Of a stretch of DNA of 64,000 nt, positions 40,613-50,971 are shown piece by piece. Positions within the stretch are counted from its first letter, which is position 1; every line of letters begins with the position of its first letter. The stretch comes from an uncultured Bacteroidales bacterium (GTDB lineage Bacteria > Bacteroidota > Bacteroidia > Bacteroidales > UBA4417). Position numbers and translations under genes: made by a program. The notes beneath the pieces are model-generated. The model saw nothing but the letters and a program-made list of their open reading frames with translations, did not search any database and was not told where the DNA came from. The stretch covers positions 2,388-66,387 of the forward strand of contig CAJAXK010000103.1 of assembly GCA_903946925.1 (NCBI GenBank). Direction: 5' to 3'.

Positions 40613-41971
40613 CTAAAATTTAAAAACCGTATTCCCGGCCATTACTTCCTGGTTCTTTTCGTAGAAAGTAACCTTTAGTCCGGTACGGAGTGCTGCGGTG
40701 GTCATTATATTAGCTATTGAATGATTGTAACCGGCCTCGATAGGAGCATTCGGGGTTTTGCGACTGCGAACACATTCCATCCAATTACGTACATGCGCTG
40801 CCGACATTGGATCGGCCGACATATTCGCAGCAGTAGCCGTTTTCATTCCTCTCGATGGCAGTTCAAATTCTTCCAGAAGGAAAGGCTGCATCCCCATGGC
40901 ATCAGCATAATTTTTAGTTAACCCGCCTTCAGGAGTTATTTTATTGGTATCGAGGTTCAGCATTCCTCCATTCGAATAATACAATTCCTTAATTCCTCCT
41001 GCCGAATTATGCATACGCGACGAATACACTACCTGGAAATCCTGCGTCGGGTCATTCATCTTTCCATATTCGAAAACAGCGGTCATGGTATCGGCATTTT
41101 TTCGTCCGTCGTTCCACATGTAAATACCTCCGTTGGCCACAACGCTTTTGGGATACGAAAGCCCTGTAAACCAGTGAACTGTATCAATCTGGTGCGACAT
41201 CCACTGGCCTGGAATACCGGAAGAGAAAGGCCAGAACAAACGGTATTCGCAATATATTCGTGGATCCCATTCTACCTTGGGGCGATTCAATAAGAAACGA
41301 TTCCAGTCGATATCTTCTTTTTGAATTTCCTGTATAAGTTTCGGTAGTCTCCATCGGCCGGGCTGATTCACATTCCACGACATTTCGACCATGGTTATTT
41401 TGCCGAATTTGCCCGATTTTATATACTCGTTGGCTGCAATGTAATTATTCCCGCTCCGGCGTTGTGAACCAATCTGTATGATTCGTCCCGAATTTTCAAA
41501 AGCTGCAAGCACCTGCCGGGCATCTTCCATGGTTTCGGCAAACGGTTTTTCAACATAGGCATCGCAACCAGCTTTTATTGCTTCGACGGTGTGAAGTGCA
41601 TGTGCAAAGTCGGGTGTGCTTATAATTACTGCATCCACCATGTTTTTTGCATACAATTCTTCATTGTTTCGGGTTGTGATAATTTTTTTCTGGTAATTCT
41701 TTTCGAAATACGCCACGGCTTCGTCACGACGGCGGCTCCATAAATCCGATACTGCCACGATTTCGAAATTCAACTCATCGGCTACGCTCATGAAAGCGGG
41801 TATCAAGGTATCCTTGGCACGGTTCGAAAACCCAATAAGGCCAACACGTATTTTATCGTTGGCTCCGATCGGGTTTCGGAATAAGGGAGAACCCATTATC
41901 GATTCACTTAATGCAAAACCAATTGTTCCTATTCCGGCTTTTTTTATAAAATCTCTTCTTGAATTTTCCAT
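40613..41971 (-). CDS. Tat-exported Gfo/Idh/MocA oxidoreductase
   Basis: SRRDFIK twin-arginine signal; DAVIISTPDFAH, YVEKP and QIGSQRRS motifs. Confidence 0.92.
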   Translation of the reverse strand: MENSRRDFIKKAGIGTIGFALSESIMGSPLFRNPIGANDKIRVGLIGFSNRAKDTLIPAFMSVADELNFEIVAVSDLWSRRRDEAVAYFEKNYQKKIITTRNNEELYAKNMVDAVIISTPDFAHALHTVEAIKAGCDAYVEKPFAETMEDARQVLAAFENSGRIIQIGSQRRSGNNYIAANEYIKSGKFGKITMVEMSWNVNQPGRWRLPKLIQEIQKEDIDWNRFLLNRPKVEWDPRIYCEYRLFWPFSSGIPGQWMSHQIDTVHWFTGLSYPKSVVANGGIYMWNDGRKNADTMTAVFEYGKMNDPTQDFQVVYSSRMHNSAGGIKELYYSNGGMLNLDTNKITPEGGLTKNYADAMGMQPFLLEEFELPSRGMKTATAANMSADPMSAAHVRNWMECVRSRKTPNAPIEAGYNHSIANIMTTAALRTGLKVTFYEKNQEVMAGNTVFKF

Positions 41972-42062
41972 TTTCGGATGTTTTTATGTTTAAAGCACCA
42001 AAAGGTATAACTACTAAAATCAGTACTTATTAGCGGTTGTTTTTAATCTTGATTCACTTAAA

Positions 42063-42141
42063 ATGTACGAATTACAAATTACGACTTACGATATTTTTTC
42101 AGCGAGTTAAACTTGTCAATCGTAATTCGTACATCGTAAAT
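42063..42141. repeat. Inverted heptamer-repeat element
   Basis: atgtacgaattac (42063-42075) and gtaattcgtacat (42122-42134) form a perfect inverted repeat within TACGA-type 7-mer arrays. Confidence 0.6.
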
Positions 42142-42222
42142 AAAATTAAAACTTGACTCAACTGACAGCCTCTCACTAATTATTTAAATTTTCTTTCCGC
42201 CTGAACTTTCCATAGAGTGAAT

Positions 42223-43584
42223 CTACAACTCCCTTATTTTCAAACTTCTGAACGACACTTTATTGCCATGATCCTGCAAAAGGATACGACCTTTATCTGC
42301 TTCCCCGAAACCGGGCCAGACTTTGTATTTGCTTGCAGCTACCAGTTCACGAAATTCCTTGCTTCCCCTTTCGTATTCCAGAACTTTCATTCCGTTCAAC
42401 CAGTGTTCCACATGGTTGTTTTTCGATACGATACGTGCACTATTCCATTCTCCTATAGGGTTTACCCTTTTGTTTTTTGCAGTAATTAGATCATAAAGCG
42501 ACGACATGGTTCGGTTCCCATCGCGGCCCAACTTGGCATCAGGGTGATTTTTATCATCTAAAATCTGGTATTCGGGTCCGATAGCTGAACCCTGGTTGTT
42601 TTCTTTTTCAGTAACAAAATATTTAATCCCGCTGTTGGCACCTTCGGTAATTTTGAAATCGGCAACGAGTTCAAAATCCGAAAACTCTTCAATGCTTACT
42701 ATATCGCCGCCATTGGCCGATTCGGTACCACCGGATGGGAGAACGACGAGTTCACCATCCTTTACTTCCCAACCTTTTTCAGGGAAAATTTCCTTGTAAG
42801 CTCCTCTCCAACCCTTTGTCGATTTACCATCGAACAGCAGTTTCCAGCCGTTTTTCTTTTCATAATCCGAAAGAGTATTAGGGATAAAATTAAGCTGCGC
42901 AATCTCTTTTGTCACCTCTTTCCGGTTTTTAGCCAGGTCCTTCGTCAGTATCCGGATATTTTTCCATTTCACCTGGGTTCCAAGGGTCCAGGGTTTTTCA
43001 CTGGCTTTGATACTGTGAACCTGCAGTGCAATAAAACCTGATCCAACCGCATCATCAATAATATCGGCTGTAGGAATATCGTTAACCCAGGTTTTAATGC
43101 TATTTCCAATGGCTTCGATGCGGTATTTATTCCATTGCCCGTTTTTAAACGCAGGTTTTGCTTCGGTGTTCGACTCCAGCGTATAAAGCCAGCCGCGGGC
43201 TTGTTCGTCGTATATACCGCCGCTCCAGCCACGCTTCGACGGGTCGATTTCAACCTGGTAGCCGTGAACAACCCCGTTTCGATATTCAGGTATGCTAAGG
43301 CTACGGATTTGTATGCCGGAATTCATTGACGTATCGACAAACAATTCCAGTTCGAGAATAAAATCGCCGTATTCTTTAACTGTACAAAGGAATGAATTTG
43401 GCGAATCCGGGACAGTTTCGCCCACAATTACGCCGTCAACAACCGTGTACTTTGCATTTCCACCCTTTTGTACCCAGCCATCAAGGTTTTTATTATTAAA
43501 TAAATTTTCCCATTCATGGCTATTTTGCGCCAAAACGGGAAAGAAAGATAGCATGATCATGTAAATAAGCAGGTTTTTTTTCAT
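42223..43584 (-). CDS. Tandem DUF1080 (3-keto-glycoside hydratase-like) protein
   Basis: Two domains, each with LF.GK.L.GW, NSG..., YQ, W N and I.LQ.H motifs; signal peptide. Confidence 0.9.
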   Translation of the reverse strand: MKKNLLIYMIMLSFFPVLAQNSHEWENLFNNKNLDGWVQKGGNAKYTVVDGVIVGETVPDSPNSFLCTVKEYGDFILELELFVDTSMNSGIQIRSLSIPEYRNGVVHGYQVEIDPSKRGWSGGIYDEQARGWLYTLESNTEAKPAFKNGQWNKYRIEAIGNSIKTWVNDIPTADIIDDAVGSGFIALQVHSIKASEKPWTLGTQVKWKNIRILTKDLAKNRKEVTKEIAQLNFIPNTLSDYEKKNGWKLLFDGKSTKGWRGAYKEIFPEKGWEVKDGELVVLPSGGTESANGGDIVSIEEFSDFELVADFKITEGANSGIKYFVTEKENNQGSAIGPEYQILDDKNHPDAKLGRDGNRTMSSLYDLITAKNKRVNPIGEWNSARIVSKNNHVEHWLNGMKVLEYERGSKEFRELVAASKYKVWPGFGEADKGRILLQDHGNKVSFRSLKIREL

Positions 43585-43673
43585 GGTAAGGTTTTTACTT
43601 GTGGTTCATTACTTTATCAGCGAAACAGGACCCCATATTCCAATTGGAAATGCATCCGTTTCCTCTTAGAATG

Positions 43674-44618
43674 CTATTTAAATTCGGCGTCGTGTGCAAT
43701 GCGTAATTCATTCATCATTTGGGGAACTAGGACGAATGGATCGTAGGTTTTTTGTCTGCCGGCGAGTTTCAGGGTTTCAACAGGTAAATAGCCGCGGTAG
43801 CCACTTTTACTGATGATTTTCATAAGACGTGGGAAATCAGTTCTCACTTCACTTTTGTTGCCAAAAACACTTTCTTTTACCTGCCAATTTACCGTATAAG
43901 GAATTACAGCCTCAATATCGGCATACGGATCCTCCACTTTAAAGTTCCCTGTATCCAGAATAATTCCCGCCCATTCAGAATTTACAGCTTTTACGATTTT
44001 TATGCACTGACCGGCAGTTTGAAGCATGTCGCCATGGTTTTGAATGCCGATTATCACCCCGTATTTTTCGCCATATACAGCGCATTCTTTAAAACAATCG
44101 ACCATCCATCCGGCAACGGTATCCCATTTGTTCTCGTACCCCGGCGGGATTGCACCAGCAAACAGGCGTATTACCGGAGCGCCCAGTTTGGCTGCTACCA
44201 CTATCCATTTTTTAGCCAGTTCAACATCTGCAGCACGAACCTTCGGATCGGGTGAAGCGAAATTATTGCGGATACCAGTGCCGCTTATATCAATCCCCAA
44301 CCTGAAAGCTTTTTGTTTAAACCTGAATATATACTCATCTGATGGCACTTCGGGATAGCCCGGGAAATAATATCCGGTAGCATCGAGAGCTTCGATGTTT
44401 TGAGAAGCGCACCAATCCAGAAGATCCAGCAAGCTAAATGCAGGATATTTATCTGTATTATCCTTTCCGGTCAATACATCGTTGAACGAATATGCATTGA
44501 GTGAAAATTTTACATGAGCACCGGGTTTTCCGGTTTTTTCATCCTGTGCATAAAGTGGGTTCATTAACACTCCGCCAAGCAGGATAACAAGCAGTGTATG
44601 CAGTTGTAATACCTTCAT
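43674..44618 (-). CDS. Xylose-isomerase-like TIM barrel (AP endonuclease 2 family sugar isomerase/lyase), secreted
   Basis: SLNAYSF, IRLFAG, IQNHGD, LDTGNF, WQVKE and GYRGYLPVE motifs. Confidence 0.88.
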   Translation of the reverse strand: MKVLQLHTLLVILLGGVLMNPLYAQDEKTGKPGAHVKFSLNAYSFNDVLTGKDNTDKYPAFSLLDLLDWCASQNIEALDATGYYFPGYPEVPSDEYIFRFKQKAFRLGIDISGTGIRNNFASPDPKVRAADVELAKKWIVVAAKLGAPVIRLFAGAIPPGYENKWDTVAGWMVDCFKECAVYGEKYGVIIGIQNHGDMLQTAGQCIKIVKAVNSEWAGIILDTGNFKVEDPYADIEAVIPYTVNWQVKESVFGNKSEVRTDFPRLMKIISKSGYRGYLPVETLKLAGRQKTYDPFVLVPQMMNELRIAHDAEFK

Positions 44619-44948
44619 AGTTTTTTTCGAGGATAGCGTTTAAATTCAGTTAAATGTTATGATTTCATTTTACCTTAAGGTCAGATAGTGGGATGGAAGC
44701 TTTTATTCCTGTTCCAGAGAATAAACCAGCCCAGTAATGGCAACGGTTGTTGCTTCAACGTTTCTCCGAATCCTAGCCAGTTGCAGCGAAAAGCAGTTTT
44801 CATAGTAGGTTAAACATTTAATTTGTTGGATGTATTAAAATCTGTTTCCAAATCCAGCCAGAGTGAGGAACCGGAACCAGGAATTAGATACCCCTCAGCC
44901 TGCCACGTGAATATATGCAGGGCAAGCTTTAGGGTATTACTCCAATTA

Positions 44949-46265
44949 TCAAATTGATTTATTCATCGGTTTAAGGTCATCATCCAGCGGAATCATTTTT
45001 GGCATCAGAAGTTGCACTATTCCCAAAACAATCAGGTAAAGGGTTCCTGCAATAAGGAATGCATAAAAATAGCCTTCTTTGCCCTGTGCATCAAGTATGG
45101 ATCCCAAACTGAAGTCTGCAAGAATTCCAGCTACTGCTCCGATCATTCCCCCGATTCCTACCACTGAGGCAGTGGCTTTCTTTGGGAAAATATCGCTCAC
45201 GAAAGTAAATACGTTTGCTGACCAGGCCTGGTGTCCGGCAGCTGCAATACCAATCAGGACAATAGCAATCCATTGGTTATCCGTTTTTGTGGCAAATGAA
45301 ACCGGAAGAATAATAACACCGCAAATCAGCATAGTTATTTTACGTGAGAAATTGATACTCCTGCCACTTTTTATCAATGCTGATGACAGATATCCTCCAA
45401 AGATGCTTCCAAAATCGGCAAGTACATAAATTATAATCAGCGGTAATGCTAATGTTTTAATATTTATACCAAACTGATCAAACAGGAATTTCCCACCCCA
45501 GAATAAATAGAACCACCAAACAGCGTCAAGAATCTTTGTAAGGCTGAATACCCATGTTTGTTTCAGCGGCAATACTTTAATCCAGGGGATTTTTTCTTTT
45601 GTTTCAACTTCTGAATCACTTAGAATATATTCAAGTTCAGTTTTGGATAATTTTTGATTTTCCTCAGGTCGCTTGTAAATTTTCAACCACATATACAACC
45701 ATAATCCCGATAAAACTCCAGTGATAAGGAATGGATATCTCCACCCATCGCCATTCTCAGCAACTACGAGCATTACCACTATTGGTGCAAGAATTGCCCC
45801 TACACTGGTTGCAGCATTAAAAATTCCTGTTGCAAAAGCACGCTCTTTTTTGGGGAACCATTCTGCGACAGTTTTGATGCTTGCCGGAAAGTTACCCGAT
45901 TCGCCAAACCCGAGTCCGAACCTTGCAAGTATAAATCCAGGTAACGCAAAACCTTTGGAAATGGTAGCGTGCAACATTCCAAAAATACTCCATATTAAAA
46001 TGGAAAGGGAAAATCCTTTTTTGGTGCCAAGCCTGTCGATAAGGCTACCCATAATCAGGAGCCCGATAGCATATGCTGCTTTGAAGGACATGTTAACCAA
46101 AGCATAGTCTTTGTTGGTCCATTCAAATAATTCCATCAGTTTTGGAGCCATAACCCCTAGTAAACTCCGATCGAAATAGTTAATGGTTAATGCGAAGAAA
46201 AGCATTGCTAATATCCGCCAGCGGTAGTTACCGGATTTTGCTGTGGGTTGCAGGGGTTTATTCAT
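44949..46265 (-). CDS. exuT: MFS hexuronate transporter (ExuT-like)
   Basis: RWRI..INYFDR, GESGNFP, EWFPKKERAFATGIFN, WWFYLFW and AHQAWSAN-like motifs; adjacent to uxaC. Confidence 0.88.
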   Translation of the reverse strand: MNKPLQPTAKSGNYRWRILAMLFFALTINYFDRSLLGVMAPKLMELFEWTNKDYALVNMSFKAAYAIGLLIMGSLIDRLGTKKGFSLSILIWSIFGMLHATISKGFALPGFILARFGLGFGESGNFPASIKTVAEWFPKKERAFATGIFNAATSVGAILAPIVVMLVVAENGDGWRYPFLITGVLSGLWLYMWLKIYKRPEENQKLSKTELEYILSDSEVETKEKIPWIKVLPLKQTWVFSLTKILDAVWWFYLFWGGKFLFDQFGINIKTLALPLIIIYVLADFGSIFGGYLSSALIKSGRSINFSRKITMLICGVIILPVSFATKTDNQWIAIVLIGIAAAGHQAWSANVFTFVSDIFPKKATASVVGIGGMIGAVAGILADFSLGSILDAQGKEGYFYAFLIAGTLYLIVLGIVQLLMPKMIPLDDDLKPMNKSI

Positions 46266-46302
46266 TTTGGTCAGGGATTTGGGTTATAAGGGTTTCTTTT
46301 CT

Positions 46303-46536
46303 ATGGTTCAAATGTTCAATGCTGCGCGTTCAAGGTTCAATGGCTCGTGTGATCCCTTGTTCAAATATTCGTTTGTTCGCTTGTTCAATTGTTCGTTTGT
46401 TCAATTGTTCAATTGTTCGATTGTTTGTTTGTTTGATCAATTATTCGTCTGTCCAACTATCAATAATATCATTCCCAAATCCTCACATCCCCAAATCTCC
46501 ACATTTTCAAATTTTCAAATTTCCACATTCCAAAAT
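46303..46536. repeat. Two octamer tandem arrays (TTGTTCAA-type and CCCAAATC/TTCAAATT-type)
   Basis: ttgttcgc ttgttcaa ttgttcgt ttgttcaa ttgttcaa ttgttcga...; then cccaaatc ctcacatc cccaaatc tccacatt ttcaaatt ttcaaatt tccacatt, overlapping the uxaC stop. Confidence 0.8.
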
Positions 46537-47930
46537 GGAAAATAATTCCTTGCATTGTGATAACATATATTAGAAACCATTTTTCCGACCATTTCCATAT
46601 CATCAGGAATTTCACCTTTTGCCATTTCATTGCCTAAGATATTGCACAGGTTTCGACGAAAGTACTCGTGGCGCGGGAACGAAAGGAAGCTCCTCGAATC
46701 AGTCAACATGCCAACAAACCTGCTAAGTAAGCCTAATGATGACAAAACATCAATATGTCGTTCAATGCCTGATTTCTGATCGAGAAACCACCAGGCGGCT
46801 CCCCATTGGATTTTTCCGGGAGTTGATCCATCCTGGAAATTGCCTATCATAGTGGCATATACTTCATTATCAGCGGGATTAAGGTTATACAGGATGGTCT
46901 TTGCCAGTTTATTATCCTTGTTCAGGCTATCGAGAAAAGATGCCATGCTTTGTGCTACAGGTAAATCACCGATGGAATCGAAACCTGTATCCGGCCCAAT
47001 TTTATTTAACATGGAAGTATTATTGTTCCTCAAAGGCCCGACATGGAATTGCTGAACCCAGCCTGCTTCCTGATCCATTACCGAGAAATAGTAGAGCATG
47101 GCCGATTTGAATTTTCGAATCTGGTCTGCATTCGGGTCTTTTCCTCCCTGAACTTTATCAAATATCATCCTGATTTCACTATCATTGAACTTTTCGGCAT
47201 AAAAAGTATCCAGCCCATGGTCGGATAAACGGCAACCATTTTTATGAAAATATTCATGTCTGAGGCGAAGGGCAGAAATCAGATCGCTGAACTGGGAAAT
47301 GCTAACTCCCGAAGATGCTTCTAATTTTGCAATATATTCATTGTACATCTCAGCATTTTCGATAGACATAGCCTTATCGGGACGCCATGCAGGAATTACT
47401 TTGATTTCGAAGCCATCATTTCTGATTTTTTGGTGGTGTTCAAGTGAGTCAACAGGATCATCGGTTGTACAAACCAGTTCTACATTCATTTTGCGAAGCA
47501 GGTTCCTGACTGAGAATTCCTTTGTGCGAAGTTTGGCGGATACTTCTAAGTAAATTTCCTCTGCAGTTTCAGCATTTAACAATTTAGTGATTCCGAAATA
47601 GCGCTGTAACTCAAGATGTGTCCAGTGAAAAAGTGGGTTGCGCAAAGTGTTGGGGACAGTTTCGGCCCACTTCAAAAATTTATCGTAATCCGACGCATTA
47701 CCACTACAAAACTCTTCGCCAATTCCATTGGTCCGCATGGCCCGCCATTTATAATGATCACCATACAGCCATGCCTGAGTTATATTTTCGAATTGTGCAT
47801 CCTCTGCAATGTCTTTCGGATTTAGATGGCAATGGTAATCAATAATGGGTAGATTTTTTGCGAATTTATTATACAATTCGGTAGCCTGATTGTTGTAAAG
47901 CAGAAAATCCTTGTCCATAAATGCTTTCAT
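46515..47930 (-). CDS. uxaC: Glucuronate/galacturonate isomerase
   Basis: PIIDYHCHL, WLYGDHYKWRAMR, CTTDDP, WWFLDQ and GMLTDSRSFLSFPRHEYFRR motifs. Confidence 0.97.
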   Translation of the reverse strand: MKAFMDKDFLLYNNQATELYNKFAKNLPIIDYHCHLNPKDIAEDAQFENITQAWLYGDHYKWRAMRTNGIGEEFCSGNASDYDKFLKWAETVPNTLRNPLFHWTHLELQRYFGITKLLNAETAEEIYLEVSAKLRTKEFSVRNLLRKMNVELVCTTDDPVDSLEHHQKIRNDGFEIKVIPAWRPDKAMSIENAEMYNEYIAKLEASSGVSISQFSDLISALRLRHEYFHKNGCRLSDHGLDTFYAEKFNDSEIRMIFDKVQGGKDPNADQIRKFKSAMLYYFSVMDQEAGWVQQFHVGPLRNNNTSMLNKIGPDTGFDSIGDLPVAQSMASFLDSLNKDNKLAKTILYNLNPADNEVYATMIGNFQDGSTPGKIQWGAAWWFLDQKSGIERHIDVLSSLGLLSRFVGMLTDSRSFLSFPRHEYFRRNLCNILGNEMAKGEIPDDMEMVGKMVSNICYHNARNYFPFWNVEI

Positions 47931-48032
47931 GTTTTTTTGATTAGGTTTTGTTTAAAGTGTGCTGAAAGACGAGTCTGGTACGGATTGAATTTCGGAACCG
48001 ATGAACCAACTGGTATTCAGATTTTGGAATAG

Positions 48033-49487
48033 TTACACATTATACGTTGACGACGAAGTATCGCCTCCACGCCCGGTCCAGTTGGTGTGAAAGAATTTGC
48101 CACGGGGTTGATCGAACCGTTCGTAGGTGTGGGCACCAAAATAGTCGCGTTGCGCCTGTAACAGGTTTGCAGGGAGGTATTCGGCTCGGTAACCGTCGAA
48201 GTAATTCAGGGCAGTTGATAATGTCGGGATTGGAATCCCATTGAGCTGGGCGGTAGCTACAACCTGTCGCCATCCGTTTTGCGACTTTTCGATTGTTTCA
48301 GTGAAGAAAGGATCAAGCAAGAGGTTTGCCAACTCAGGGTTACGGTCGAATGCATCTTTTATTTTATTCAGGAATACAGAGCGGATAATGCAGCCACCGC
48401 GCCAAAGTAAAGCGATTCCACCATAATTCAGATCCCATTTATACTCTTCGGCGGCAGCACGCATCAGACTGTAGCCTTGAGCATAGGATATTATTTTAGA
48501 TGCATACACTGCCTGTTTCAGATTTCCTATAAACTGAGTTTTGTCGCCGGTAAATAATGGTTTCGGACCAGATAGAATTTTCGAAGCAGCAACACGTTCG
48601 TCTTTGATAGCCGATAAACAACGTGAAAATACAGATTCGCCAATAAGAGTGAGCGGAATACCCAGATCAAGCGCTGTGACGGCAGTCCATTTTCCGGTCC
48701 CTTTCTGGCCAGCGGTATCCACAATTTTATCGATAAGCGGTAAGCCATCAGCATCTTTAACTGCCAGTATGTCGCGGGTTATTTCAATCAGGTAGCTGTC
48801 TAATTCTCCTTCATTCCATTCCTTAAAGACTTTGTGCATTTCATCGGCTGACATTCCGAGAAGATCCCGCATGATTTGATACGCCTCGCAAATAAGCTGC
48901 ATATCACCGTATTCAATGCCATTATGAACCATTTTTACAAAGTGACCGGCACCATTTTCGCCAACCCAGTCGCAACAAGGTGTGCCATTATCAACTTTGG
49001 CTGAAATAGCCTGAAAAATTGGTTTTACAAATGGCCATGCAGCCTTTGAACCTCCCGGCATAATCGAAGGACCCAACAAAGCTCCTTCTTCACCACCTGA
49101 AACACCGGTTCCAATATACAGAAGCCCTTTACTTTCAACATATTTTGTACGGCGATCGGTATCGGTAAATAGAGTATTGCCTCCATCGATAATGATATCT
49201 CCTGTTTCCAGATATGGCAAAAGCAAATCAATAAAATCATCTACCGCTTTACCCGCTTTAACCATTAGCATTACTTTTCTTGGGCGCTCCAGTTTTTTGA
49301 CCAATTCCTCAATGGAGTGAGTCCCAATTATATTTTTCCCTTTGCCACGTCCATTTACAAAGTTATCTACCTTGTCGGTCGAGCGGTTGAAAACGGTCAC
49401 TGTAAAGCCTTTGCTTTCCATATTCAAAACCAGGTTCTCTCCCATTACAGCGAGTCCAACCAATCCAATGTCTGCTAATTTTTCCAT
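48033..49487 (-). CDS. gndA: 6-phosphogluconate dehydrogenase, decarboxylating (NADP)
   Basis: GLAVMGENL, GVSGGEEGA, GHFVKMVHNGIEYGDMQ, QKGTGKW and QAQRDYFGAHTY motifs. Confidence 0.98.
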   Translation of the reverse strand: MEKLADIGLVGLAVMGENLVLNMESKGFTVTVFNRSTDKVDNFVNGRGKGKNIIGTHSIEELVKKLERPRKVMLMVKAGKAVDDFIDLLLPYLETGDIIIDGGNTLFTDTDRRTKYVESKGLLYIGTGVSGGEEGALLGPSIMPGGSKAAWPFVKPIFQAISAKVDNGTPCCDWVGENGAGHFVKMVHNGIEYGDMQLICEAYQIMRDLLGMSADEMHKVFKEWNEGELDSYLIEITRDILAVKDADGLPLIDKIVDTAGQKGTGKWTAVTALDLGIPLTLIGESVFSRCLSAIKDERVAASKILSGPKPLFTGDKTQFIGNLKQAVYASKIISYAQGYSLMRAAAEEYKWDLNYGGIALLWRGGCIIRSVFLNKIKDAFDRNPELANLLLDPFFTETIEKSQNGWRQVVATAQLNGIPIPTLSTALNYFDGYRAEYLPANLLQAQRDYFGAHTYERFDQPRGKFFHTNWTGRGGDTSSSTYNV

Positions 49488-49541
49488 ATTAATTTGTGGT
49501 TTTATTAATTTTTACAACATTTTTTTTCTTAGAAGCCAGTT

Positions 49542-49650
49542 TCAGACACCCGTTGGGCGTTAAGCCCAACTGTAAATCCGTGTCAGACACCCGTTGGGTG
49601 TTAAGCCCAGCTGGAAATCCGTGTCAGACACCCGTTGGGTGTGCAGACAC
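49542..49650. repeat. 41-bp tandem repeat (2.6 copies) of palindromic REP-like units
   Basis: tcagacacccgttggg starts at 49542, 49583 and 49624; internal hairpins acaccc-gtt-gggtgt and gttgggc-gttaa-gcccaac. Confidence 0.85.
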
Positions 49651-50915
49651 TAAAAGCGGTTTTTCCATGCCCATAATCCAAGAGCCGGATTGGAGATAAA
49701 AAATATTTTTTCTCCATCAACCATGTTAAATCCGTCCTTGAGCTTTTCAGGATTATATTTTTTCATCATTTCATCCAGATCGCCATAGCTGAAATTTACG
49801 CTTTCAATTTCTTCACGGGTAAGCTTTCCAGGACAATAGGTAACTTTGAACCTGTTTTCGTGTGAGCCATGGATAAGATGGGCGGCTGCACTCAGGTTTT
49901 CACGCAATTCAAGGTTGTTCTTAACCAAAGCCAGTATTTCGGGGGTTGTTAAATAGCCGTACTTTCGGATTAACCGGTCAATTTCCTTGTCTTCTCCAAA
50001 TTCCTTCAATCCGGGAGCGAGAACAATCAGTTCCCCGTTATTGGCTAGAGCCATGCGCGTTCGATAAATACTTTTGTTTCCTAACCAGGTACTTTTAAAC
50101 TCAGAAGGATCGAGGTAAACAACAACTTTCTCAAGCGGTTCATCAAGCAATTCGAAGTTCACCTTCAGCGATAATTCAGCGGCTCTATTAAAGCATTCAC
50201 TGTCATTGCCAATAAAAAGTCCCTTAACAGCCATTTTGCCATTTTCGTTGCGACCAACTACGGTGTGCGCATAAACTATGGGCAGGTGTGTTGCAAATTG
50301 TTCGGAAGCGTAATTGAGGACTTTCCGTACCGGGTTATCTGCCCGTCCCATAATCCGTTCCATGCCGTAAGCTGCTCCAAGGAAATGGCTTTTATTTATT
50401 CCTTCTTTACCACCTGTACCGACAAATATGTTCTTATTATAATTGGCCATGCCAATCACTTCGTGAGGTACTACCTGACCGATAGATAAGATCAGATCGA
50501 AATTTCCCTCCACAAGTAGTTTGTTCACCTGTGCGGGCCATGAAAAATCCACCTGATTTTCTGAAACTTGCTGAACAAATTCAGCCGGAACTTCACCAAG
50601 AGTAACAATATCTGTCCTCCAGTTATGGACACGGAAAAGGGAATGGGGAATTTTACCAAACATTGTTGTGAGCTCCGTTTCCGACATGGCAACATGTGTA
50701 CCCAGTGCGGGCAGAATATCAGTGACAGCATCGCCATAATATTCCCAAACCATTTCGGCCAGGATGCCAGCCTGTGAATGGAACCGTGTGAAATCGGGTG
50801 GCACTATCAGCACTTTCCGCTTCGGGCCTAACTTATCCAAGGCTTCATAAAGCCCTATTCTAAGTTCTTCGTTACTCATTTCGGTAGCAACAGAACCCTG
50901 GTCGTAATAGATCAT
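49650..50915 (-). CDS. LarA-family (nickel-pincer) hydroxyacid epimerase, probably D-mannonate/D-gluconate 2-epimerase
   Basis: PPDFTR, ALGTH, VVPHE, NYNKN and KSH motifs match LarA active-site residues; context of uxaC, SDR and gnd. Confidence 0.8.
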   Translation of the reverse strand: MIYYDQGSVATEMSNEELRIGLYEALDKLGPKRKVLIVPPDFTRFHSQAGILAEMVWEYYGDAVTDILPALGTHVAMSETELTTMFGKIPHSLFRVHNWRTDIVTLGEVPAEFVQQVSENQVDFSWPAQVNKLLVEGNFDLILSIGQVVPHEVIGMANYNKNIFVGTGGKEGINKSHFLGAAYGMERIMGRADNPVRKVLNYASEQFATHLPIVYAHTVVGRNENGKMAVKGLFIGNDSECFNRAAELSLKVNFELLDEPLEKVVVYLDPSEFKSTWLGNKSIYRTRMALANNGELIVLAPGLKEFGEDKEIDRLIRKYGYLTTPEILALVKNNLELRENLSAAAHLIHGSHENRFKVTYCPGKLTREEIESVNFSYGDLDEMMKKYNPEKLKDGFNMVDGEKIFFISNPALGLWAWKNRF

Positions 50916-50971
50916 ATTTTAATGATTTTCAGCATTTATTGTCCAAATTTTTTTATCAGATAAATCTGGTA

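Noticed and set aside
46190-46573. ORFs 46190..46573 and 46243..46545
   Set aside because: Open only because of octamer repeats (periodic CSIVRLF / FNCS), and they overlap exuT and uxaC in antisense.
49542-49650. Possible mini-CRISPR array
   Set aside because: The intervening segments are near-identical rather than unique spacers, the period is only 41 bp, and no cas genes are present.
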